The position numbers and the translations under genes were made by a program. Positions 1 through 8,747 of a stretch of DNA of 64,000 nucleotides are shown here, piece by piece. Each line of letters starts with the position of its first letter. Position 1 is the first letter of the stretch. The notes under the pieces are model-generated. The model was not told the origin of the DNA. It did no database searches and saw only the letters and a program-made list of their open reading frames with translations. Source of the stretch: Patescibacteria group bacterium. GTDB taxonomy: Bacteria > Patescibacteriota > CPR2 > UBA1875. Where the stretch lies: the NCBI GenBank assembly GCA_041737595.1, contig JBGSRK010000009.1:1-64000 (forward strand), read 5' to 3'.

Positions 1-1029
1 TTCAACTTTAGTACTAGAAGGTTTATCAGTGCTCCAAGAGATGATAGCTTGAGCATATTCATCACTCTCACCAAGTGGGAGGATATCTATCTTTACTTGT
101 TCTATAACAGGACCTGTCTTATCCATTGGAGTAGTAAATGATTTTGTTTCAGATCTGGCAGTATTACCAACAGAATCTTTTACATCAACATAGTAAGTAT
201 AGGTTGAGGCATCTTCAAGATTTTCAAGTTTAATTTCATGTGTTTTAGAGATTGAAGCAGATCCAGCTTTATTACCAAACTTACCTTGGTTACCAAATGT
301 GACAGATGCTTCAACATCTTTAGTGACAGTGACTCTTACTTTAGCAGTGTAAGAAGTAACATCAGAGACAGTAACTGAATTTTTGCTATATTTTTCCACA
401 AAATCCTTATAAGAACTAATTTTATCCCCATATGTACCAACTCCTTGATTTAAAAGATCTAAAATAAAATCCGGCTTCACCCATTTTATCTTCCTTAACC
501 CTAAATACTCCCCATAACTCGACCACCCTTCTCTCAGTTCTCTTCTAAGGGTCCGTCCCTCGAAAGGGGCGGACCCTTTTGAGACAGGGTTAAGATGTAT
601 ATAACGAGTTAAGTGCAATAAATAATTATTATCATTTATAAGTATTGCTTTATATCTCCCCTGGAATAGAGTGCCTACCCTGTCATATTTCTTATTGAAG
701 TACATTGAATAATTCGTCATCACACATTTCATAAATAGAGGCATAGAATCCTTATTCTTTTGTCTGATCAATAAATGAAAATGGTTTGGCATAAGACAAT
801 ACGCCATTAATTCAATCTCATCTGTGAATGCCCCTGCCTTGAGGGTGGCACCCTCGAAAGGGTGCCACCCTTTTTGGTGACTAAGTGGCGTAAGATATGT
901 TTTTAGGAGCCAGAGGAAATATTTATAATCTGAATCATCAATAAAGATATCACGCTTTTCTACGCCGCGATTATATATGTGGTAAATGCCACCCTCAACA
1001 TAAATTTTTAATATATTTCTTGCTGGCAT
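1..1029 (-). CDS. RAYT-like HUH/Y1 transposase fused in frame to FN3-like (purple-acid-phosphatase-N-like) repeats; 3' end beyond the window
   Basis: Manual translation from ATG 1029: MPARNILKIYVEGGIYHIYNRGVEKRDIF...AYCLMPNHFHLL (HUH)...YFNKKYDRVGTLFQGRYKA...TRYIHLNP (catalytic Tyr region)...WSSY...YKDFVEKYSKN, then SVTVSDVTSYTAKVRVTV...HEIKLENLEDASTYTYYVDVKDSVGN...SFTTPMDKTGPVI...AIISWSTDKPSSTKVE. No stop in 343 codons. Confidence 0.85.
   Translation of the reverse strand, partial: MPARNILKIYVEGGIYHIYNRGVEKRDIFIDDSDYKYFLWLLKTYLTPLSHQKGWHPFEGATLKAGAFTDEIELMAYCLMPNHFHLLIRQKNKDSMPLFMKCVMTNYSMYFNKKYDRVGTLFQGRYKAILINDNNYLLHLTRYIHLNPVSKGSAPFEGRTLRRELREGWSSYGEYLGLRKIKWVKPDFILDLLNQGVGTYGDKISSYKDFVEKYSKNSVTVSDVTSYTAKVRVTVTKDVEASVTFGNQGKFGNKAGSASISKTHEIKLENLEDASTYTYYVDVKDSVGNTARSETKSFTTPMDKTGPVIEQVKIDILPLGESDEYAQAIISWSTDKPSSTKVE
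547..578. repeat. REP-like palindrome inside the transposase ORF (copy 2)
   Basis: aagggtccgtccct-cgaa-aggggcggaccctt, 14-bp stem with one G-T pair; encodes KGSAPFEGRTL. Confidence 0.85.
842..871. repeat. REP-like palindrome inside the transposase ORF (copy 1)
   Basis: agggtggcaccct-cgaa-agggtgccaccct, perfect 13-bp stem; encodes KGWHPFEGATL. Confidence 0.9.
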
Positions 1030-1080
1030 AAAATTATACTAACATAAGTTTTTTAGTTATGATATATTAACTTAAGTATT

Positions 1081-2598
1081 ATGAGTATTGCAAAAGTAAA
1101 AACCGCTACAACCTTTGGGCTTGATGCTCTGCCAGTCGAAATCGAGGCTGATCTTTCTAATGGTCTTCCTGGTTTTACTATTGTTGGCCTCCCTGATAAA
1201 GCGGTTGAAGAATCACGCGAAAGAGTCCGATCTGCAGTTAAAAATTCTGGGTTCAAATTCCCAGATCGAAAAATAACAGTAAATCTAGCCCCTGCCGATA
1301 TTAAAAAAGAAGGCCCTTCTTTTGACCTCCCAATAGCTGTCGCGTTAATGGCTGTTTCTGAACAAATAAATGCGGATATTTCTGATTCATTATTTGTAGG
1401 TGAACTCGCGCTTGATGGAAGGCTTAGACACACGAATGGCATTTTGCCTGTAGTCCATTTCGCAAAAAGAGTAGGTATCAAAAAAGTTTTTATTCCAAAA
1501 TTCAACTTAGATGAGGCAAGTATTATTGCGGGTATTGAAATATATCCGATAGAAAATCTTTCAGAACTATTATTTTTCCTAAAAGGCGAAACACAAATTG
1601 AACCTATAGTAAGTAGCGGTCCAAAAGTAGATGAAATAAAGATTTTAATAGAAAATGATATCGCGCAAATTAAAGGTCAAGAACATGCAAAAAGAGCGCT
1701 CCTTATCGCTGCTTCTGGTTCACATAATATATTATTTTCAGGGCCTCCAGGAAGTGGCAAAACGATGCTTGCAAAAACGCTTTCTGGAATTTTACCTAAA
1801 ATGGATTTTGAAGAAATTATTGAAGTAACTAAAATATATTCAGTTTCTGGTCTTTTAGATGAAACAAATCAGCTTGTGAGCACCCGACCATTCCGTAGCC
1901 CACATCATACATCATCAGATATCTCATTAGTGGGTGGTGGGAGAATGCCAAAACCCGGAGAAATAACCCTGTCACATCGGGGTGTATTATTTTTAGATGA
2001 ACTGCCAGAATTTTCACGTTCTGTTCTTGAGGTTTTAAGACAACCACTCGAAGATGGGGTTGTAAATGTCGCAAGAGCGGCAGGGTCTGTATCTTTTCCG
2101 GCTCAGTTTCTTTTAATCGCATCTCAAAATCCGTGCCCATGTGGATTTTTGGGTGACGATCGAAAAAATTGCATTTGTACTCCAAGCCAAATTTCTAAAT
2201 ATCAAAAAAAGATTTCGGGGCCACTATTAGACAGAATTGATATTCACATTACTGTTCCTAGAGTTGAAATAGAAAAACTTACCACAAAAACCAAAGGGGA
2301 TGATTCAAATAATATAAGAGAGCAGGTTCAAAAAGCACGGATAATACAAAATAATAGGTATAAAAACACTAAAACTAAAACAAATTCTGAAATGACACAA
2401 AAACAGATTGAAGAACTTGCAAATATCAACTCTGAGGCAATTTTACTTCTTAAATCGGCTGCAGAAAAATTATCCCTTTCGGCACGCTCATATTTCCGGA
2501 TGATAAAACTCGCAAGGACCATTGCAGATCTCGAGGAATCAACTGAAATAAAAGAGAGCCACATTGCTGAAGCTCTCCAATATCGTCCAAGAGAATAA
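1081..2598 (+). CDS. comM: YifB/ComM family Mg-chelatase-like AAA+ ATPase
   Basis: LPGFTIVGLPDKAVEESRERVRSA, NLAPADIKKEG, Walker A GPPGSGKT, PFRSPHHT, LFLDELPEF, NPCPCG. Confidence 0.95.
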   Translation: MSIAKVKTATTFGLDALPVEIEADLSNGLPGFTIVGLPDKAVEESRERVRSAVKNSGFKFPDRKITVNLAPADIKKEGPSFDLPIAVALMAVSEQINADISDSLFVGELALDGRLRHTNGILPVVHFAKRVGIKKVFIPKFNLDEASIIAGIEIYPIENLSELLFFLKGETQIEPIVSSGPKVDEIKILIENDIAQIKGQEHAKRALLIAASGSHNILFSGPPGSGKTMLAKTLSGILPKMDFEEIIEVTKIYSVSGLLDETNQLVSTRPFRSPHHTSSDISLVGGGRMPKPGEITLSHRGVLFLDELPEFSRSVLEVLRQPLEDGVVNVARAAGSVSFPAQFLLIASQNPCPCGFLGDDRKNCICTPSQISKYQKKISGPLLDRIDIHITVPRVEIEKLTTKTKGDDSNNIREQVQKARIIQNNRYKNTKTKTNSEMTQKQIEELANINSEAILLLKSAAEKLSLSARSYFRMIKLARTIADLEESTEIKESHIAEALQYRPRE

Positions 2599-2603
2599 AA
2601 ATA

Positions 2604-3224
2604 TTATTTGATTATTATAACTTCAAGCTCTTCGGGTAAGTCTTTCTTTTGAATCTTAAATTTATCAACTATCTTTGGTTCTTTACCTATCTCTTTTATA
2701 AAGTTTTCAACCGGCTCCAATTCTTTTTTACCGTCTTGATAATGCATAGGTATTACTATTTTGGGGCCTATTTCTGAGATAACTTTTGAGGCTCCTTTTG
2801 GGTCCAGCGTATAGCCAGCACCCCCAACCGGGACCATTAAAATATCAACCCCATTAATCTTTTCTAATTGGTCAGAACTAAGCTCTGCCCCCAAATCGCC
2901 TAAATGACAAAAATTAATCCCATCAATTTTGTATACAAAAATTGTATTGATTCCATATTTTTCACCATGAGAACTGTTAATGCCTATTATCTCAGTATTT
3001 TTAATTTCGTATTCCCCTGGTGAATCAAAACAAATAAAATCTCCCTTAATGCCATTTTTATAGTTATGATCATCGTGATCGTGTGAAATTGTAACAACAT
3101 CCGCCTCAACTTTTGGGAAAGGCTTCCCAACTGATGATTTCTCAGAATTAAATGGGTCTGTAATAATAGTGATCTCTTTACCCTGAATTTTAAATGATGA
3201 ACGACCGAAATAAGTGATTTCCAA
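2604..3224 (-). CDS. MBL-fold metallo-hydrolase (Lactamase_B_3-like)
   Basis: ITDPF, TISHDHDDHN, CHLGDLG, VIPMHY; TTG start. Confidence 0.85.
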   Translation of the reverse strand: MEITYFGRSSFKIQGKEITIITDPFNSEKSSVGKPFPKVEADVVTISHDHDDHNYKNGIKGDFICFDSPGEYEIKNTEIIGINSSHGEKYGINTIFVYKIDGINFCHLGDLGAELSSDQLEKINGVDILMVPVGGAGYTLDPKGASKVISEIGPKIVIPMHYQDGKKELEPVENFIKEIGKEPKIVDKFKIQKKDLPEELEVIIIK

Positions 3225-3225
3225 A

Positions 3226-4239
3226 CTAAGCCTCCTTTTTCTTTGTTGATTTTATCAGAACCCCTACAGCTGACGCAACCGGAACCGCAATAATAATACC
3301 AATAATGCCAAGTAACTTTGCCCCAACTAAAATTGAAAAAATAATTATTACAGGTGAAAGTCCAACTGCTCTTTTCATTACTTGTGGAACAAGAACGTGA
3401 TTTTCAAACTGTTGAATACCAAGGTATAAAAGTGCAACCCATAAGGCCAAAACTGGGTTAATAGTAAATGCAATAAAAATTGCTGGGGCTGCCCCAATAA
3501 ATGGCCCAATAACTGGTAAAAGTTCTGTTATTGCTGCAAATAATGCCAGGGTAAGAGCATAATCAACATTAAGAACAGTAAGCCCAAAAAAGGTCAAAAC
3601 GCCAATAGAACCAGAAAGAATTAATTGACCTCTAGCCCAAAGACTAATCTTTTCAACAATTTGACTAAATATTCTTACTGCTTTTTCTTTACTGTTGGTT
3701 GGCCAATAATCCTTTATAAAATTTTCCATCGAGTTGTTATCAATTAAAAGGTAGAAGGAAATTACTATAACAGTAACAAAACCCAAAAACCCGGAAAATA
3801 TACCAAGAGCGTTATCAACAACATTTATTGATGATGAATACTTGGTTATTTTTTCCGGAAAGCTATTTGAAAAATTATAAACTGCATTTCTAACTGCTTC
3901 TGGAGCACTATCTAAATAATTTACGGCTCTCTCCGTTATAATGTGCCGGTTATCAATTAAATGGTTAACCTGAATTGTCATTGGGGGAACTATTAAACGG
4001 AATAAACCATAAAGGCCAAAAACAATAATGAAAATTATCCCAATAATTGTTGCCCATCGTGGAACGCCCTTTTTGCCTAACATATTTACAATAGGTTCAA
4101 GTGCGGTTGCTAAAATAAATGAAAGAAAAAATAAAACAATAATTTCTCTTAAATAAAACATCAACCATAAAAGTATTAAACCAAAAACAACAGTAAATAC
4201 AGATTTTACAGAAAAATCAAAAATTATTTTTCTTTCCAT
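3226..4239 (-). CDS. AI-2E family (PerM-like) transporter
   Basis: Multi-TM; ELLPVIGPFIG, IQQFENHVLVPQVM, GIIGIIIAVPV motifs. Confidence 0.9.
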   Translation of the reverse strand: MERKIIFDFSVKSVFTVVFGLILLWLMFYLREIIVLFFLSFILATALEPIVNMLGKKGVPRWATIIGIIFIIVFGLYGLFRLIVPPMTIQVNHLIDNRHIITERAVNYLDSAPEAVRNAVYNFSNSFPEKITKYSSSINVVDNALGIFSGFLGFVTVIVISFYLLIDNNSMENFIKDYWPTNSKEKAVRIFSQIVEKISLWARGQLILSGSIGVLTFFGLTVLNVDYALTLALFAAITELLPVIGPFIGAAPAIFIAFTINPVLALWVALLYLGIQQFENHVLVPQVMKRAVGLSPVIIIFSILVGAKLLGIIGIIIAVPVASAVGVLIKSTKKKEA

Positions 4240-4295
4240 TGTTGCCTCTTTTTGGTTTATTTAATTAAAAGGATATTTTTTAGAATTAAATTTTA

Positions 4296-4874
4296 TTATT
4301 CTTCTTTTGATATCCCTAAATAGTCTACCACAACAATCTTAGGAGCAGAAAGTATTTCAGTTAAGAAACGATCAAAAACAACTCTTCGCTCTTGATATTC
4401 TTCAGGTGTCATAATAGTAAAGTTAACTTCATGCCCAACTTCTTCTGAAAGATCTTTTATAAGTGGTTTTAATTTTGTTTTGTCTACATCCCCAACTATA
4501 AATAAATCAACGGCGGAACCTGCATCTTGAACAAAATATCCAAGCAAAGATGCGTAAGAAATAGAACCAATTAATTTTAATTTATCTGCAAGTTGACTTT
4601 CTACTGCTGATTCTCTTGAAATTTTGCTAAAGATTTTCTTTAAATCAGGAAAAATATCAGATTTAGTATTTGCCTGAAAATATACTTTTCCATTTTTTGC
4701 GTTTGATCTGACTAAACCAACTGCTTTTAAGTTTGCAAGTTCACGACGAACTGAATTTATTTGCTCACCAACTTTTCTAGTTATTTCTCTAACATAATAT
4801 GAGCGCGTTGAATTATTTAAAAGAAGTGCCAACACCTTTACTCTTGTTCTTGACCCAAAAAGTTTTTCTAACAT
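4296..4874 (-). CDS. Winged-helix transcriptional regulator with C-terminal nucleotidyltransferase-like domain
   Basis: LFGSRTRVKVL...YVREITR...INSVRRELANL wHTH; VDLFIVG. Confidence 0.7.
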   Translation of the reverse strand: MLEKLFGSRTRVKVLALLLNNSTRSYYVREITRKVGEQINSVRRELANLKAVGLVRSNAKNGKVYFQANTKSDIFPDLKKIFSKISRESAVESQLADKLKLIGSISYASLLGYFVQDAGSAVDLFIVGDVDKTKLKPLIKDLSEEVGHEVNFTIMTPEEYQERRVVFDRFLTEILSAPKIVVVDYLGISKEE

Positions 4875-4879
4875 ATTTA

Positions 4880-4985
4880 TCTCCCCCGACGCTTCATTTA
4901 ATATAATTAGGAGGGTCGGGGCTACCTAATTATTGCTCACTTATCCTCACGGTGCCAAGGGTAGTTAACTGAGCTCCCCCTTTAG
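4880..4985. promoter_or_regulatory. GC-rich structured intergenic element (candidate cis-regulatory leader or sRNA)
   Basis: Competing stems ccccgac/gtcgggg and ataattagg/cctaattat, plus a gctca...tgagc hairpin; overlaps the RBS of the 4874 gene. Confidence 0.4.
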
Positions 4986-5053
4986 CTATTATGCCGTTAT
5001 TATAGCGCAAAAAATATATCTTGTCTACATATTTTGTACAAGATGAGTATAAA

Positions 5054-6481
5054 TTATTTACCCAAGAAATATAGAATGAACATAAGAATAGCAGAAAAGC
5101 CCATTAGATATGTAGAGATTGTCCCCCAAATATTAACCCATGTTGGATTAACGAATTTCCCCATAATATTTTTATCACGGCCAATCTTAAAAATAAAATA
5201 CATTAAAATAGGTGCAATTATACCATTAACAATAGCTGCAAAATACAATGCTTTAATTGGATTTATACCAAAAAAATTCATTAAAAGACCTACTAACATA
5301 GATGCAATTATTACTCCATAAAATCCGCGCGCTTTACTAAATTTTTTTGAAAGTCCCTCATTCCAACTAAAAAGTTCAGAAATACCATATGCCGAAGAAC
5401 CAGCAAGCACGGGGACTGCAAGAAGTCCAACCCCAAATATACCAACAGCAAAAAGTATAGTTGCAAAATTACCCGCGAAAGGCCTTAAAGCTTCTGCTGC
5501 TTGGGCAGCTGATTCAATGTTTGTTATGCCATTACGATTTAAGACATATGCCGTAGTAATAATAATGAATAAAAATACAATATTAGCATAAGACATTCCC
5601 GCGAAAGTGTCTTTTCTCATTTCTTTTATTTCTCTATTTAGAACAATTGTTCGATTATCAGAAAGTATTTTTTTATCTCTTTCTTCTTCTATTTCTTCTG
5701 ATGCTTGCCAAAAAAATAAATAAGGAGTAATAGTTGTCCCCATTACAGCAACCATTGCGGCAATGAATGCTAAATTAAATTCAATTTTTGGTATAACCAT
5801 ACTTTTTGCTACTGCTATCCAATCTGGGCTAATAATAAAGCCTGTAATTATATATCCTAAAACAGATAAGGTAAGCCATTTTAATATTTTTGAATAATTA
5901 TGATATCTGAATGCGACTTCAAGGATTATCATAAATGCAGTTAGCAATATTGCGCCTATATAAAATTTTATTGGAAAAATTAATTGAAAAGCTGCAACCA
6001 TAGCACCTATATCAGCGCCAATGTTTATAGTATTTGCAATAACCAATAAAAAAACTAATGGATATAATATCTTCTTGCCATAATATTTTCCAAGTGTACC
6101 AGAAAGACCTTTCCCTGTTATGATTCCAATTCTTGCAACAGTTTCTTGTATTGCAGTCATCATTGGAAGTAAATATATAGCTAACCAAGCAAGACCAAGT
6201 CCATAACGCGCACCAACCATAGAATACGTTCCTATCCCCGAAGGATCATCGTCCGATGCCCCAGTGATTAAACCTGGCCCCAGTGTTTTAAGATATGAAA
6301 CATGATGTTTTTTACGTACCTTTTCTGAAAGTCCTAAATATTTATTAACTTCTAGTTCAGAAATAAGAATTTTTTCTTCTTTAATAATTGGGTCAATAAA
6401 ACCATTTCTAATTAAAAAAGTTATTTTTCTTACTGGTATATTAAAGTTTTTTTGGATTTCTTTTAATGAATAGCTTTGCAT
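5054..6481 (-). CDS. Nramp-family divalent metal transporter with N-terminal HTH-like extension
   Basis: GPGLITGASDDDPSGIGTYS, ANTINIGAD, MGTTITPYLFFWQ; start ATG 6481 abuts the upstream stop. Confidence 0.9.
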   Translation of the reverse strand: MQSYSLKEIQKNFNIPVRKITFLIRNGFIDPIIKEEKILISELEVNKYLGLSEKVRKKHHVSYLKTLGPGLITGASDDDPSGIGTYSMVGARYGLGLAWLAIYLLPMMTAIQETVARIGIITGKGLSGTLGKYYGKKILYPLVFLLVIANTINIGADIGAMVAAFQLIFPIKFYIGAILLTAFMIILEVAFRYHNYSKILKWLTLSVLGYIITGFIISPDWIAVAKSMVIPKIEFNLAFIAAMVAVMGTTITPYLFFWQASEEIEEERDKKILSDNRTIVLNREIKEMRKDTFAGMSYANIVFLFIIITTAYVLNRNGITNIESAAQAAEALRPFAGNFATILFAVGIFGVGLLAVPVLAGSSAYGISELFSWNEGLSKKFSKARGFYGVIIASMLVGLLMNFFGINPIKALYFAAIVNGIIAPILMYFIFKIGRDKNIMGKFVNPTWVNIWGTISTYLMGFSAILMFILYFLGK

Positions 6482-6482
6482 A

Positions 6483-7553
6483 TTAGTATACCTGAGTTCC
6501 CTGTGGGACAAACTCAACCCATGTAGTTCCTGGGTTTAATTTTAATTCAGTGCCATCAGTATTATAAAACCTGGTAATACTTGAAGAATTTATACGGCTC
6601 CATTTCCCCTCTGTCTTAACCCCATCAATAAAAAAATTTGCGGTACCAGAACCTGTTGTTCTAATTATAGTCTTTTGTTCCCCAATTTTTGTTTTCCCAT
6701 AACTAAAATCTGAATAACAAACTATCACATTTTTTGCTTTTATTTGTTCTCCGCTTGTCTTATCTTTTTGCGCGGATTTAAGCATATTTCTATAATAATA
6801 ATTATCTTCAGGTAAATAATTATATGTTACGGCGTAACTTTGGTTAAAAAATACTGTAAAACTATTCGCAATTGGTCTTTTTTCTTTTTCTATATCTTTT
6901 TTAAATACAAATGAAGAAATATTCTTATCTGTCGTTTCTTTATTTTTTGATTTTACAGCGTCATATAGTTTTTGTATTGTTGTATATACATTATGTGGTG
7001 CATATCTAGTGTTGTCGCGCCAAAAATACTTACTAAAATAAAATTGATTAACATCTTCTATATTCAATTTTGGTATCATCTCAAGTGCTTCAATGTTTCC
7101 ACCAACGTGTGCAAAAATTGCTCTATATGATGTTGCCCATTCTACAAAATATACTCTTGCAGAACGCACTGGCCCAATTTCTTTAGGTTCATTTTCTTGG
7201 AAAAATGCTAAAAATCTTGTTATCCCGCCTTCTGCGAAAGTTTCATAAACTAAAGAAGCAGAATTTAAGCCAGATTGAGGTCTTGCATCTGGGTGATTTT
7301 CTACAACAACGGCAATCGGCCTTCTTTCGGCTAATTCTTCTGTTACTAAATTACCAGAAAGTGGTGCGTGAACACGTGTGTCTTTAGGTTTCTGTTTTAA
7401 AATTATATCTGAAGGCGTAAAACCGGAAGCAGAAAAACTGTCCCAAATAAAAAATCCCCCAATAATTAATGCTGTTAGAACAAGACCTACTGACCATTTA
7501 TGTTTTTTTAGAAAAGACCAGAAATTTGTTAAACACATTTTTATTTTATTCAT
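6483..7553 (-). CDS. DUF3048 domain protein (YerB-like), N-terminal TM anchor
   Basis: RPIAVVVENHPDARPQSGL, EGGITRF, GPVRSAR, APHNVY, GTTWVE; start set to ATG 7553. Confidence 0.9.
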   Translation of the reverse strand: MNKIKMCLTNFWSFLKKHKWSVGLVLTALIIGGFFIWDSFSASGFTPSDIILKQKPKDTRVHAPLSGNLVTEELAERRPIAVVVENHPDARPQSGLNSASLVYETFAEGGITRFLAFFQENEPKEIGPVRSARVYFVEWATSYRAIFAHVGGNIEALEMIPKLNIEDVNQFYFSKYFWRDNTRYAPHNVYTTIQKLYDAVKSKNKETTDKNISSFVFKKDIEKEKRPIANSFTVFFNQSYAVTYNYLPEDNYYYRNMLKSAQKDKTSGEQIKAKNVIVCYSDFSYGKTKIGEQKTIIRTTGSGTANFFIDGVKTEGKWSRINSSSITRFYNTDGTELKLNPGTTWVEFVPQGTQVY

Positions 7554-7605
7554 AGATTTATTATACAAAAGACCTACACTTTTTACTACGTGTAGGTCTT
7601 TATTA

Positions 7606-8298
7606 TTATTCTTTTTCTTCTTTTTTGTTTTCCTCTTCGGTCGCTTCTTCATTAGATTCAGTTGATTCTTCACTGCCTTGTTCAGATTCAGGCATCTCTG
7701 GTGTTTCTACTGGTTCTTCTAGTTCAGCCATTTCTTCTTCACTTCTTGGAGCTTCAACAAAAACAACTGTTTCTTCTGGATCATCTAATATTTCTACTCC
7801 TTCAGGAGATTTAATATCAGAGATATGGATTACAGTATCAAAATCGGAAAGGACAGAAATATCAACCTCAATACTGTGAGGCAAATTTCCTGGTAGACAT
7901 TCAACCTGAACTTCATCTTTACTAGTTAAAAGACTACCTTGTAAATCAATTACGGCTGAACTATCGCCAGTAAAAGAAAGGGGGACATTTGTTGTAATTT
8001 TTTCTGTCATAGAAACTTCATAAAAATCAACATGTTCAATTTTTGAAGTAACTGGGTTAAAAGATAAATCATGTATTAATACATTTTTTATACCTTCATT
8101 TTCAATATCTAATAATAATATTGATGTAGTACCTGTCTCACGGAAAATTTTTTCAATATCATGTAAAGAAACTGAAAGATTTAGATTTTTTTTGCCCTTA
8201 CCATAAACGTTACATGGTACCATACCTGAAGCACGCAAGGTTTGAATCGCCTTGCCAACATTTGCTCGTATATTTGCTTTTAGTGTTACTTTTTCCAT
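7606..8298 (-). CDS. rplY: 50S ribosomal protein L25 (Ctc form)
   Basis: LRASGMVPCNVYG, IEHVDFY, CLPGNLPHSIEVDIS, acidic tail. Confidence 0.92.
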   Translation of the reverse strand: MEKVTLKANIRANVGKAIQTLRASGMVPCNVYGKGKKNLNLSVSLHDIEKIFRETGTTSILLLDIENEGIKNVLIHDLSFNPVTSKIEHVDFYEVSMTEKITTNVPLSFTGDSSAVIDLQGSLLTSKDEVQVECLPGNLPHSIEVDISVLSDFDTVIHISDIKSPEGVEILDDPEETVVFVEAPRSEEEMAELEEPVETPEMPESEQGSEESTESNEEATEEENKKEEKE

Positions 8299-8361
8299 AA
8301 TTAATTACGATCCATAGTATATCAAAATATCCTCTAAAGGTAAAGGATTTTATCCGTTTTA

Positions 8362-8691
8362 CTATTTTAAAACAGCTTTAAAGTCACCATTAAAATTTTT
8401 AATAAATTTATGAAATTCTATTACCTGATTTTTTGTAATGGGTTCTTTTGAAGAAAGTTCAAAATCATTAATAGTTAAATCAGTCATTGGCATTTGCCCA
8501 GTATTATTCCCGGCATAAAAATTAACCCAAACAGGAAGAGAACATTTGTTACAAGTCATTGAAAGTAAAAAATGGCCATCATGGTTCCCAACATATTTCA
8601 TTTCAGAAACATCATAAATTGCAGAACATGAAGGACATCTCATAATATTTTGAAGATTTTTTAAAAGATCAAAAAACTTTTTTTTATCCAT
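8362..8691 (-). CDS. Hypothetical zinc-ribbon protein
   Basis: CPSC...CNKC; C-terminal VIEFHKFIKNFNGDF. Confidence 0.65.
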   Translation of the reverse strand: MDKKKFFDLLKNLQNIMRCPSCSAIYDVSEMKYVGNHDGHFLLSMTCNKCSLPVWVNFYAGNNTGQMPMTDLTINDFELSSKEPITKNQVIEFHKFIKNFNGDFKAVLK

Positions 8692-8747
8692 AATTGTAAC
8701 CCTTCTAACCTAAGTATATTCTCAAAATAAATTAACGTCAATAAACG

